From positions 25,916,001 through 25,980,000 of the forward strand of contig OZ286460.1 in assembly GCA_965644265.1 (NCBI GenBank): a stretch of 64,000 nucleotides of DNA. The letters run 5' to 3'. The notes under the pieces are model-generated. The model searched no databases. It had not been told where the DNA came from and saw only the letters and a program-made list of their open reading frames with translations. Both the position numbers and the translations under genes were made by a program. Below, in pieces: positions 37,615-50,500 of this stretch. Position 1 is the first letter of the stretch, and the number at the start of each line of letters is the position of its first letter. This stretch comes from Glycera tridactyla (lineage: Eukaryota).

Positions 37615-37684
<70 letters not shown>
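37615..37684. repeat. (GT)n microsatellite
   Basis: Directly visible. Confidence 0.95.
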
Positions 37685-37688
<4 letters not shown>

Positions 37689-40524
37689 GTGTGTTCCTGC
37701 TTGTGTGCGTGCTACTTGGTGGGGGGGGGGGGGGCTGAGGGCCCGGGAAAATGGACAAGGTATAGCAATCCAGGCCAACAGACCGGAAATTAAGGGAAAC
37801 TGCCTTGTATATCCCCCATCATACCTATGAAGAGAAACAAGCCCCCATTTCCTGCCTCATGTGACTGACTCAGCACAACCTCAGCCACAATGACTCAAAA
37901 CAACCGTTATAGCTTAGGGCACTGACCCTGATAACGAAAGCAACACACACATTGATGATTGATAGATGATTGATAGACGATAAGAGCAAATTAGAGTTTG
38001 CCATCCAAAACTTTCGGTTTGTGGTCAAGTATACTGTTGCAAATGCATCAATCCAGTTTGTCATAACTGAGTAGGCGCAGATGTTGGGTTTCTGAGTCAC
38101 AACGTCGAGGAGGGTTTCTACACGGATGGGTGACTACGATTGCTTGAGTACCGCTTTCAACACATGACATCAACTAGATTCACAAAGCGACACCCCTTAT
38201 AAGAGGTGCTTACATGTAACACATGTAAACTTCAGATTCTATAGTATTCCTGTTAATTTGGAGATAAAGATGGAAATCTGGGGTTAATTCATCCAGCTGA
38301 CCTAGATACATCTATAGGTCGTGTGTATGAAGGAGTTGGATGAAGGAATGGGAGGGGGCGTGGATATGGTGGAGTGATATTATAGGAGATGAGGGCAAGG
38401 AGTGGCACTTCAAACTATCGCCATCTTATACGGAGAACAATCAATAAAGGCGGAGAGCAATGGCCTACAGACTATGGTCGGTCGACCCCATCAATTGGCC
38501 GGATGGAGAGATGGGTAGGTGCATAGAGGTATGGATGGTGGAGTTGAGGAATGCATGGATGAATGGCTGGATAGAAGATCGTGTGGGTTGATCAACTGGA
38601 TATCGAATGAACTGAATTATCGATTAATTAATGGGTCAATAAACAGATGGTAGGTTGACCGGCCGGNNNNNNNNNNNNNNNNNNNNNNNNNNNNNNNNNN
38701 NNNNNNNNNNNNNNNNNNNNNNNNNNNNNNNNNNNNNNNNNNNNNNNNNNNNNNNNNNNNNNNNNNNNNNNNNNNNNNNNNNNNNNNNNNNNNNNGGTTT
38801 AAGATCAGCACCAAATGTGCTATATTGCGACGCCCATGTTATCGGCATGGATGAGATCATTCAAGACTCCTCCTCCCGGGTCCTCAGCGGAAGGTGAAAA
38901 TAAATTAATATCNNNNNNNNNNNNNNNNNNNNNNNNNNNNNNNNNNNNNNNNNNNNNNNNNNNNNNNNNNNNNNNNNNNNNNNNNNNNNNNNNNNNNNNN
39001 NNNNNNNNNNNNNNNNNNNNNNNNNNNNNNNNNNNNNNNNNNNNNNNNNNNNNNNNNNNNNNNNNNNNNTAGTACTTTATTTTATTTCGTCATATCGTAT
39101 ACAATATACATGTACCTCATAAAGAGGCGTTTTCGAAGCGACGAAAAGAAAAAGCGGTAAAAAAATAGACATACATTTACTCATCACAATAAATACAGTT
39201 ATATACTTGGTTCTGTTTGAGATGGATAGGTTCTCATACAAAATACGATAATATGCTATGAATCAGATAATGATTGTTGATTTTTTTTCGTAATTACGAT
39301 AACCCTGGGATGATATCTAAATGATAAATGGATAGGATGATATGATTTCTATAAGTTTGGTGGGGAACCTTTAAACTTGAGACAGAAGAAGAAGAAAGGA
39401 AGGGGGCTCATGTCTATATAATTCATACATTCTTCAGTATGTTGGCAAAATGAATCAAATCAAATGGGGTGTACAATTTTGGGGAACTTAAGGGAGAGAA
39501 AGAAAAGAGAAGACTACGTCGGAGGAAATGGCTTTGTGGGAATTGACACTGGGGGGGGGGGGGGGGGAGTGGGAATTTGTTTGTTTGTTTGTTTGAGGCT
39601 TAACGGCATGTATCAACCCACAGGATTATGTATGCCGTGTGTTCCTGGTTAATGAAAGCTAGATGGTCTCTCCCCTGCAGACATCACTCTCATAAGCCCT
39701 GAACACAAGATGATGGGGAACTCCCTGAAAGGTTGTCAAGTGGAAGTAGCTGATGGTTCAGACACACCCCTACCAACTCTACAAAAAAAGACATATTGAA
39801 CCTGATGATGGCATATCTAACTATGTAACTGGCTGGAAGCTAACACTCAAGCCTGATAGCTATGTTGTTCTTTTTCACAAAGCGCAGTACTTGAAACAAG
39901 GAAAAGCATTAGGTTCGGAGAATACTCAAACAATGTCTTCAATTACGAACTGTCAACTTCAAACCAGCTTTACAATCATGGCTTGCCCTATGCTTGCAGT
40001 ACAATGCCATCACACAACCTAGTAAACCTAGTCGCAGCCCTAGTAACCCAGAACTGGTGTGCCTGGTACCCCCGTTTTGCACAGTGACAATATCTGCTAC
40101 AAGCAAACCATCAGCTACCTACACCTGAGACCATTTCACTGAAGGAATGAGAAATAGCTTAGAGGGAAAGGAAAGAGGTCAAGAAAAAGAAATCTGGTGA
40201 TAGTGCAATTTTGGTAGAAAATGCCTAAAGATAGATGATAGAAAATTTTGAAGGTATGTTTTCATTCAGCCCCCCATTCCAAAAGATATTGAGAAGAAGA
40301 GAAGGGATGATGCTACACCTAGGCCACATCATGCCCGATGGCAACACTTCAGAGTAAGAGTCCCACGCCCATTGGTGGCTGCCATCTATAGAGACCCTGG
40401 ACTCCCACCCTACGAGGGAGTGGGAAGATGGAAAATAATAATATAGTATGCCTTTGGATTAGATTATGAAGGTATTTCTACAATCCATAGTATGACATAC
40501 TAATATATAAAATTCATCTGCGAT

Positions 40525-43426
40525 TCATATAAAATTCACGAAATTCTTTAGATTATCCTTAAACAATTTTGGCGGTAGATTTGTAAAATCATTATGCCTC
40601 ATTGTATACAGGTTCCATAACCTCGCTCCCCTATAGCGGAAAGAGCCCTCAGATAATTTCAACCTAGGCATATCGACATTCAGAAATGTTCGTGTCTGAG
40701 ATCTGGTATGGTATTCATGGGTTGTTGTTAAAAAAGATGCCAGTGGTGTATACTGTGGGTGAAGTACTTCACATAGTATTTTATTTATGTGGATTAAGGT
40801 GTGACATTCTCTACGACAGTCTAAGTATGGCATCTCCAGGTCTTGATGTAAGTCTATCGTTCTTGTATATCTATGGCACTGCGTTATTATCCTGAAAGCC
40901 TTGTTTTGAACTCTTTGTAGCTCGGTTGAGTCAGCCATACCCAGATTGTCGTAGACAATGTCATAGGCAGTATCAGCGTCTTGAAACGGGTGAGAGACAT
41001 ACTACGACTTAGTATACCTCTCAGCCTCCCCATAACGCCAACTCTACATAATGTTTTTGATCGAATATATTCAGCATGGGCTTTGAAGGTCAGATTGCTA
41101 TCCAGTATTATTCCCAGATACTTGAAAGTTATTACTTGTGAAACTGTTTGTTCATCAAATTTTATGGCAAATTGACATCTTTGTGTTTGCTGTTTCGATC
41201 CAAAAACCATTGTCTTTGTCTTGTTAACATTCAAACTTAACTTATTCCTTCTAAGCCACACACTTACTAACGATAGAGTCTCCTCTAATTTCCTATGTAA
41301 CATCATTGGTGAGACATCATGGACGATAATTGCTGTGTCATCAGCATACAGGCTCATACTGAGTCCCCTCATATAATGTGATATATCATTTACATATATT
41401 GTGAAGAGAAGGGGACCCAGTATGGATCCTTGCGGTACTCCGCAGGATACAGTTCGTTCACTCGATGTAATGCCATTTACCCTAACCTGGCAACTTCTGT
41501 TGGTAAGATAGCTTGAGAACCAGCTATTACATGTTTGATCAGAACCATATCTAAACAACTTTCTCAGGAGTAAGCCATGATCCACCGTGTCGAAAGCCTA
41601 CTTTAGGTCCAGGAAGACGACTCCACTGGTACTTCTATTTTCTAGATTTACGTATAGTTTATCCAAAAATTCAAGTAAACAAGTACCAGTGGAGCACCCC
41701 TCCCTGAACCCAGACTGCTCACGACACAGTAGACCATGGCCTTCGAAATAAAGAGAAATCTGTTTATGCACAACATGTTCAAGGACCTTGCTAAGTGTGC
41801 ATAAAAGACTAATTGGACGGTAATTCGCTTCTATAGTTCGATTGCCTTCTTTATAAAGAGGCACAATAGTAGCAGACTTCCATCTGGACGGGAAAATTCC
41901 TTCCGTGATACTGTTATTTATCAAATGACACAGAATAGGTGATAAAGACTTACTGCAATTTTCAACTATTCTGGCTGGGAGACCATCATCTTTACCTGCT
42001 TTATTCATGTGTAGTCGGTCTATTGCTTTTTTAACCTCGCTGGCATCTATGCATTTTAGACTCATAGTATCTTTCAAATTATACGGGAAATCATATAATG
42101 CGTCGACACCGTCATTTACGATTTTAGCGCTAAGATCATTACCAATATTACTGAAATAGTGGTTCATTTTATTAGAGATTTCATTCTTGTTAGTGGTATT
42201 TCCTATTTTTAGAACATCATTAGATCCTTTATTGTTACCCCCGAAACTGTTTATGGTCTCCCACATCTTCTTTGGGTTATTTCGATGATCGAAGACTGAG
42301 TCCTCTATGTACTGTCTCTGTAGATCACGTTTCAATTTCTTGCAACGTCTTTCTATGCCCTTCTTTAGATCTAGATTTTCTGGAGTGTTATTTATTTTAA
42401 ATTGTTTATTTAACAATTCTCTTTTTTTGATTAGGTCCAAATATTGTCCATTAAGCCACTTGGGCCAATTCTCTCTGACGCGATGTCTTTTCATAGGAAT
42501 GTGATCTTCTACGATGGTATTTAGCTTACTATACAACATTTGGGCACATTCGTCAGTATCACTAGAGGAATAAAAATCCGTCCAGTCTGCAGTCTGAATA
42601 TCTCTATTAATATCTTCAAAATTGGCATCAGCAAAGTCCTTGAAGTATACAAATTCTGATTTTCTAGACATGACAATCTTTTTCCTCGCAATGACAATCA
42701 TACTATGGTCCGAAAGACCCGTCTCAATGAGGCCATGTTGGTTGTATGATTCAGGACAATTCACAACTGCATGGTCAATCAAGCTTTTTGTGGTAGTGGT
42801 TACCCTAGTATATTTTGTAATTAATTGTGTCATATCACAATTTTTCAAAGAAGTTAAATATTGATTCTGTCTATTTGGTTTTGAAAAGTCCAAATTCGTG
42901 TCGCCCATTGCTACAATATCTCCAAATTTGTCATAACCAATATTTATACACCCGGACTCCAACCATTCACAAAATACTCCAGGGTCACCACTTGGGGGCC
43001 TATATAGACCACATAAGTAAATGGGCCTAGTATCGGGTAATATCAATTGCATCCATAGACCCTTGATGTCAGGGGTTAAGATTATTGAGTCGTTTATGAT
43101 TTCCACCGAGCGTTTTTTATGTATATAAATCAATAAACCTCCACCTCGTTCTTTCCCACTCTCTGCTGTGCGATCTACTCGAATATGAAAGTAGCCAGTT
43201 ATTGATATTTCACTGTCCTTTCTGTCAAAAAAGTTTCAGATGTAATTAAAATATCCAGATCACTTTGTAATAGCAGGATCTGTACATCATGAATTTTGTT
43301 GATTATACCCCTGACATTGAGGTAACCAATTTTAACTCCCTTAAATGATCCCACCTCTTTCATTGAGTTAAATTGTACACTTTGCTTCAGACATGAGTCA
43401 GTTTTCACTTCAATTGGATCTGGCAT
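40525..43426 (-). mobile_element. L2/CR1-group LINE, near-complete ORF2 (APE endonuclease + RT) with one stop and two frameshifts
   Basis: Endonuclease motifs: GYLNVRG, SETFL, RGGGLLIY, LYRPP, MGDTN, LIDH, LSDHSMI. RT motifs: NYRPISLL, QSGFR, FLDLK*AFDTVDH (TAG at ~41598), VPQGSILGPLLF, LYADDT, KYLG, LQRVQNKA. Frameshifts near 43222 and 40962. Confidence 0.92.
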
Positions 43427-43897
43427 GGGAAATATGTGATGAGTAGAAAGAAATGATATTGATCCATTGCAAGATGTATGTTAAGGGACTAACAAACTAT
43501 CTAGACGTTGCTTGGCAACAAACAATCCTTAGTATAATCTAGAGTTCTCGAGAGAAAAATAAAAATAATATCTAATAAATCAAAATGAGTTGCAGTCAGA
43601 GACGTACGATCTGACTTACATGCACCAATTCTGGGTGAATGAACGGACGGATGGACGGACAGACGGACCGATGAGTGCGTGGAAGGATGGATGGATGCGT
43701 CGTCAGATGGGTGGATGGATAGATGGATAGATATTTAAATGGGCGAAAGGAGATCGTGATACTCGGCCACTCCCTCCCCGTACTCAAGTTCCTGGGCCGT
43801 TGAAATAGTCAGCTTCATGTCAGTTCGATTTCCAAAAGATGTCGCTCGCACAGATAATAATCTCGAGTATCCCACGAATAGACTGAATGAAAACATG

Positions 43898-44080
43898 ATC
43901 TATCCATACCATTTCTCCCTCAAATTTAGCACTCCCCGGGCCGAAAGGCCTATTGCGAAATATTAAAAACAAACAAATAATAATCATAGGATGGGACCTC
44001 CATAGTATCTAGTACTTCCCCTAGATGTCTCTATACACGAAGTCGCGCCTGCGACTCCTTTCCACTGTGTATTCTTCAAT
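43898..44080 (+). repeat. DIRS left inverted terminal repeat
   Basis: ATCTATCCATACCATTTCTCCCTCAAATTTAGCAC...GTGTATTCTTCAAT. Its reverse complement matches 51949-52121 with roughly 7 mismatches. Confidence 0.9.
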
Positions 44081-44750
44081 TTCGCCTCGGGAGAGGCGGT
44101 TTGTTGGATACCCGGAGCTGGGGAAAAATCTGAATTTTGTGATTTTTCTCGGTGCCTGTTTTCGACGTCTGGAATGATTGTGTTAAGGAGAACTTACTTA
44201 TCTTTCCAACGTGGGATTTGTGAAAATAATTACCTTATTTCCGGATTTGTTCAGAGTGACAGTGGTGTCTCGTGTCATGACCGATTAAGTCAGCTAGACC
44301 GTTGCGCGTTTGCTCAACCATGCGGAGTCATGCAATGAGGACTTACTAGATAGACAGCAGGTTTGATGAAGTAGGCTGTATTGTTTGCTGATATGTTTGT
44401 ATTGCTTGTGGTGAAATGATTCTTTAGGAGTCTGTGATGAAACCACGACGTGTAATCTCCTGAAATGACTCGTAGGAGTGATTTTCATACGGTGCATGTC
44501 TCGTCAGCAATCGCGGTAGGATTTGTTGTTATTGTTGTTGTTTGTGGTGAAATGACTCTACTAGGAGTCTGTGATTTAGCCACGACATGTAATCTCCTGA
44601 GATGACTCGTAGGAGTCTGTGATTTTCATAGGGTGCATGGTCGGAACAACGAGAGTTAATTGGTGAGACCTCACTTTGCGCGCGTGAAACGAGTTGGTTG
44701 ATTGATTGAGCGAGTGACACGAGTCATAGACTGCTTGAGTTACAAATCCC

Positions 44751-47597
44751 TTGCGGGGTTATATGTATATAGTAATGTCGAGTTCCCAGAAGCATGGATC
44801 GTGCGGCCATTATATGGCAGGTTGGGACATGCATTCTCATTGCCCCTCTTGTCGCAATTGCGGCAATATTCCGGATATTGACGAGAATTCTCATCATACT
44901 TGTGAGATATGTAAAGAATGGACTGCAGAGCAATGGGTGCGTCATCATGGGCATCGTACATTAGCCTCTGAGAAGACAGTATCTCAGAAATCTCGTCACG
45001 ATAGATCTAGTAGTTCGAATTCCTCTAAGAAGTCTGCTCTTTCAGGGAAACACGAGGATCAAGGGGTTGAATTGTTAGGGGTAGAGGGACCGTTTCAGAA
45101 AGAGAATGCTTCTCCCTACGCTAAGAAGGATAGTTTGCAGAAGCCTAAGAAATATGTCCCTAAGAAGCTCATGAGTCCTAATATCCCTGAACCTTCCCCT
45201 TCTACGTCAGAACTACGGAGTACGGCGAAAAGAACGGTGAAAGTATATGAGTCGGATTTGGAGTCTGAGAAGAGTCCAGATGATTCTATCAATGAACCTC
45301 CGGTGAGATCTTCATCGAGAGTCCAAGAGCAGATTTTGGTAGAAGAGGAGGAGAAAATCATTGATTCAGGTTCCCGGACGGTTAGTCAACCTTTAGAGGA
45401 GTTCGACGCTGCGTTTGTTGTTGAAGAGGAGGATGTTTCCGGCCATACAAAAGAAATTGTCCGGACATTGTTAGGGTTTGATGATGCCTTTGAGGTGGAA
45501 GATGAGGAAGAGGTGTCACTCTCTCAGAGGTCCGGTAGTCCAATCAGAGCTTGTGTCCGGTCCTTGATAAAGGGTAGGCCAGGGTACTCAAGAATAGTCC
45601 AACAGATTCAGACCAGAGGTAGGTCCGGTAGACCTATTACTAATGGTGTCTCTATGTCCAGTGACAGTAGAAGAGGGACTTCTAGCACGACAACTCAGAT
45701 AGTCGGACGTCCTAGGGTTGGGACGAAGGTTGCCGATAGAGACCGGTCTGGTACTCGGGGGAGTAGTGACAGAATGGTGGTCCGGACCGGACAATATACA
45801 CCACCGGACATGGCAGTCCAGTCCACTGTTGAATCTTATTCCAACAGGACTAGAACTGATAATTCCTCATTATTGAAAAGAGGTAGAGCTTCCATATGGA
45901 AAGATCACCCTGCTTTCGAACAATCAAACAGACCCCATGAATTATTTGCTACACTCTCTAAACCGGTGTTGACTAGGGGTGAGCAGTTGATATCCGGACA
46001 GTTTTCTCCTAGGGGAACTAGAAAGAGAAAAGCAGGTATGGGTACACTAGAAGAAAGGATTTTTGGATCAGAGGAGTCTAGTTTTAAGGAGGATGGACTA
46101 AGGAAACTAGTGGCAGAGAGATCAGAACTTCAGAAACGCTTGGGAAATTTGAATGAGGTTCTAGATCAAGTAGAGAGAGGTGTCACGTCAGGAGATGAGG
46201 ACACCACAGAGTTTGCTGCAACTCAGATATCTAATAAGTCATCCACTCCACCAACTAAGAGAAGTCGTATTACTCCCTGCACATCAGGTGCTCCTGGGCA
46301 GGAGGTAATAATGGGAGAGAGACAGATAGCTGATTGGGACTTGAGTAATGTAGATACAAAATCACAGAATGCATTATTCTTAGCCATGAGGGATAGAATT
46401 GTCTCCTTAGAGAGTAGACTAGACGAGAAAGAAGCAGCAGACAAGGAAGAAGGGTCAGATTTGGGAGAAGAATCAGAGGATGAATCTGTCAGGCCAGCGG
46501 TCAGAAAGAGATTGAGGAGTTTTCGGAAATTTGCCTTAGATATCCTACCAAATCATATCCCTTCGCCAGATCCGATAGATACATGCACTACAAGTGTAGG
46601 AGTCATGAAGTTCGACAGATCTTTTATTGACAAACATAGAGCAAGAGAAGTGACTTTCGCGTCTGAGACAGCCCTTCCTTTGTCACCAATCATTGTGGGT
46701 ACTCAAGAGATTCTTGATAAATGTCTCCAATGTAAAGATAAAGAGGAACAATTCCAGGACATTAAGACACCACTGGAATCATTTGTAGTGGGTCAAGGAG
46801 GGCTGAATGAGGCCAACTCGAGATACTTCAAAGTATCAGTTCCGAAAGTTTTCGGCTGTAACCCCAAGGCTTATAAGATACGTAGTGGGGGTGAGAGGAA
46901 CAGAAGGTACTTAGTACAGTCTCCTATAATAGACTCTGATTATTATAATTATGGATCGGCATCTAAGAATGATCTTAAACCATCCAACGATGAGACTACT
47001 CTTAGAGAAGCACTCAAGGTTATTAGCTACGCAGATTTTGCGTTAGCTACAGGATTGAGCGCAGCGGATGTTTCAGAAGAAAGCATACCAGACGTTAGGG
47101 CTAAGGCCAAGGAGGCTACAAGAGTAGGTCTGAGAGCAGTAGACCATGTTGCACTTTTGGTATTAAAAGTGGTTAGCAACATGGAACTTGCTAGGCAAAC
47201 TACAGCGCTAAAGTCTGTATGTTTTGATGAGGATACAAAGGCCCAACTGAGAGCTCTGCCACTGGGTCAGAGACAGCTGTTTGCAGGAAAGCTCAAAGAG
47301 GCTTCTAAGGAAGCATTTGAGGTAGGAAGAAGAAGTAGAGAACTGTCTTCTGATTTCAAAGGTCAGAATGCTACATATTCAGCTACAGCATCATCATCAA
47401 ATCAGAGTGAAAAGCAGAAAGGGTGGAAACAGTCATCTGGTAGAGGCCGAGGACAAGGCAGAGGCAGGGGATCCAAGAGGGGATCCAGAGGGAGAGGAGG
47501 TTCGAACAATAACCCGAACTCATATAACCAAGATCAGAAGACTGAATTCAAGGTGACATTCCCTGAGTCGCAAGGAAGAGGGAAGAAACAGCCCTAG
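44751..47597 (+). CDS. gag: DIRS1 Gag-like ORF1 (948 codons; probable start MSSSQKH near 44774)
   Basis: Uninterrupted frame. N-terminal Cys/His cluster CGHYMAGWDMHSHCPSCRNC...HTCEIC, a long acidic/Ser-rich linker, a helical C-terminal domain and an RG-rich tail. It occupies the first-ORF position in the element. Confidence 0.8.
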   Translation: MRGYMYIVMSSSQKHGSCGHYMAGWDMHSHCPSCRNCGNIPDIDENSHHTCEICKEWTAEQWVRHHGHRTLASEKTVSQKSRHDRSSSSNSSKKSALSGKHEDQGVELLGVEGPFQKENASPYAKKDSLQKPKKYVPKKLMSPNIPEPSPSTSELRSTAKRTVKVYESDLESEKSPDDSINEPPVRSSSRVQEQILVEEEEKIIDSGSRTVSQPLEEFDAAFVVEEEDVSGHTKEIVRTLLGFDDAFEVEDEEEVSLSQRSGSPIRACVRSLIKGRPGYSRIVQQIQTRGRSGRPITNGVSMSSDSRRGTSSTTTQIVGRPRVGTKVADRDRSGTRGSSDRMVVRTGQYTPPDMAVQSTVESYSNRTRTDNSSLLKRGRASIWKDHPAFEQSNRPHELFATLSKPVLTRGEQLISGQFSPRGTRKRKAGMGTLEERIFGSEESSFKEDGLRKLVAERSELQKRLGNLNEVLDQVERGVTSGDEDTTEFAATQISNKSSTPPTKRSRITPCTSGAPGQEVIMGERQIADWDLSNVDTKSQNALFLAMRDRIVSLESRLDEKEAADKEEGSDLGEESEDESVRPAVRKRLRSFRKFALDILPNHIPSPDPIDTCTTSVGVMKFDRSFIDKHRAREVTFASETALPLSPIIVGTQEILDKCLQCKDKEEQFQDIKTPLESFVVGQGGLNEANSRYFKVSVPKVFGCNPKAYKIRSGGERNRRYLVQSPIIDSDYYNYGSASKNDLKPSNDETTLREALKVISYADFALATGLSAADVSEESIPDVRAKAKEATRVGLRAVDHVALLVLKVVSNMELARQTTALKSVCFDEDTKAQLRALPLGQRQLFAGKLKEASKEAFEVGRRSRELSSDFKGQNATYSATASSSNQSEKQKGWKQSSGRGRGQGRGRGSKRGSRGRGGSNNNPNSYNQDQKTEFKVTFPESQGRGKKQP

Positions 47598-47599
47598 GA

Positions 47600-50500
47600 A
47601 ATGGGGCGTCACCTCTCCAGAAAGTCAAACTGTAGGAGCACGATTACTAGGCTACGTGGAACAATGGCAGACTATAACTCATAACAGATACGTTCTATAG
47701 GTTGTAGGAGAGGGGTTCACACTGAACTTTCTGGAACCACCTCCACTTTTGCTAGATTTCATCCCTTTTTCTCTTCCAAAAGACCGAGAGAGGAGAGCAG
47801 CATTAATAGGGGAAATTGAGTCTATCAAGACAAAACAAGCAGTAGTTCAAGTCAAGGAATCGAACAGCCCAGGGTTTTACTGCAATCTGTTTTTAGTAGG
47901 GAAAGCAACAGGGGGTTTTCAACCCGTGATAAACCTGAAACCATTGAACAACTATGTCATAAATCAGAAGTTCAAGATGGCGACGGCACGATCTGTGGTG
48001 AGAGCAGTATCTCTCCACGATTGGACCGTCTCCATCGATTTGAAAGATGCCTACTTTCACGTGCCTGTACACCCACAGTATCAGAAGTACCTAAGATTTG
48101 CTTTGTCAAAGACAGAGGCCTACCAGTTTCAGGCTCTCCCTTTTGGTCTTTCGACAGCCTCTCAAATCTTTACTATGGTACTCAGAGAGGTGGTGCACCA
48201 TTTACATCGTCGAGGTATCAAGATACATTTTTACCTCGACGATTGGTTGATTCGTCATCAGAACCCAGAGATTTTGAGAATCAAGTTGGATTATGTCTTG
48301 GAACTAATGACCAGGCTCGGATGGGTAGTCAATTTGGAGAAATTAGATTTGATACCAACACAGACATTTGTATACCTAGGTATAGAATTCGACACCCATC
48401 GGGGTCAGGTCAAACCATCACTCAAAAGAGTTCAGAGACTCCTACTTTGTCTGAAACTATTTCTGCGCAGACCGAGACAACCTGCAAGAGTGGTATTGAA
48501 GCTTATTGGACACATGTCCAGTATGGCCGAATTCATCCATCTGGGTCGGCTTCACATCAAACCGATCCGGATGGCTCTCTTATCCCAATGGAGACCGTTT
48601 TTAGACCATTTGGAGATGATGGTGGAGATACCATTAGAGATTTTGTCAATAATAAGATGGTGGAACAACCAGGACAGATTTTATGTGGGAGTCCCATTGG
48701 TACAACCCATACCACAAGCAACACTATTGACAGATGCGTCGCTGGAGGGATGGGGAGCACATGTGATGGTAAACAAGTTCCGAGAGCAGGCGGCAGGAGA
48801 GTCGCCTTCTTCTTACAAGCGAAGATCTATAAACACCCTAGAATTAGAAGCGATATATTTAGCCATTCAAGCCTTTTCAGAGATTCTCAGAGATCAGACA
48901 GTGTTGATTCTAACGGACAATTCAACGGCAGTATCGTATTTGGTCAAACAGGGGGGAACCAGATCTTCCATGCTATGCGGGATAGCGTGGCAGATATTCA
49001 TGATGTCTCAGATGCTGAACCTGAGGATTACAGTTCGACATATACCAGGAAGACAGAATGTCCTGGCAGACGTGTTATCCAGGACAAAAACCAGTCCAGA
49101 CAGAGTGGTCGCTGGATCAGACAGTCTTTCATCTGGTTCTGGAAGCCTTCAAGATTTATCCTCTGATAGATCTGATGGCAACCCCGTTGAACAACAAGCT
49201 GCCGACATTTATTTGCCCTTATCCAGACTCAGGGGCCCTGGGGACAGACGCCTTGTCGATGTCATGGACACAGTTTTCGACAGGATATGTTTTTTCTCCG
49301 ACAGCTCAGAGAGGTGGTGCACCATTTACATCGTCCAGGTATCAAGATACATTTTTACCTCGACGATTGGTTGATTCGTCATCAGAACCCAGAGATTTTG
49401 AGAATCCAGTTGGATTATGTCTTGGAACTAACGACCAGGCTCGGATGGGTAGTCAATTTGGAGAAATTAGATTTGATACCAACACAGACATTTGTATACC
49501 TAGGTATAGAATTCGACACCCATCGGGGTCTGGTCGAACCATCACTCAAAAGAGTTCAGAGACTCCTACTTTGTCTGAAACTATTTCTGCGCAGACCGAG
49601 ACAACCTGCAAGAGTGGTATTGAAGCTTATTGGACACATGTCCAGTATGGCCGAATTCATCCATCTGGGTCGGCTTCACATCAAACCGATCCGGATGGCT
49701 CTCTTATCCCAATGGAGACCGTTTTTAGACCATTTGGAGATGATGGTGGAGATACCATTAGAGATTTTGTCAATAATAAGATGGTGGAACAACCAGGACA
49801 GATTTTATGTGGGAGTCCCATTGGTACAACCCATACCACAAGCAACACTATTGACAGATGCGTCGCTGGAGGGATGGGGAGCACATGTGATGGTAAACGA
49901 GTTCCGAGAGCAGGCGGCAGGAGAGTCGCCTTCTTCTTACAAGGGAAGATCTATAAACACTCTAGAATTAGAAGCGATATATTTAGCCATTCAAGCCTTT
50001 TCAGAGATTCTCAGAGATCAGTAACGGCAGTATCGTATTTGGTCAAACAGGGGGGGAACCAGATCTTCCATGCTATGCGGGATAGCGTGGCAGATATTCA
50101 TGATGTCTCAGATGCTGAACCTGAGGATTACAATTCGACATATACCAGGAAGACAGAATGTCCTGGCAGACGTGTTATCCAGGACAAAAACCAGTCCAGA
50201 CAGAGTGGTCGCTGGATCAGACAGTCTTTCATCTGGTTCTGGAAGCCTTCAAGATTTATCCTCTGATAGATCTGATGGCAACCCCGTTGAACAACAAGCT
50301 GCTGACATTTATTTGCCCTTATCCAGACCCAGGGGCCCTGGGGACAGACGCCTTGTCGATGTCATGGACACAGTTTTCGACAGGATATGTTTTTTCTCCG
50401 ACAGCTCTCATAAGAGAGGTGATCAACAAGATCAGGGGTCTGGAAATCACACTGGTTTGCATAGCACCTTGGTGGCCGAACCAGTCGTGGTTTCCAGACC

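Noticed and set aside
49058-50266. 402-aa chimeric ORF
   Set aside because: It is created by the internal duplication junction joining the MT frame to the overlapping frame.
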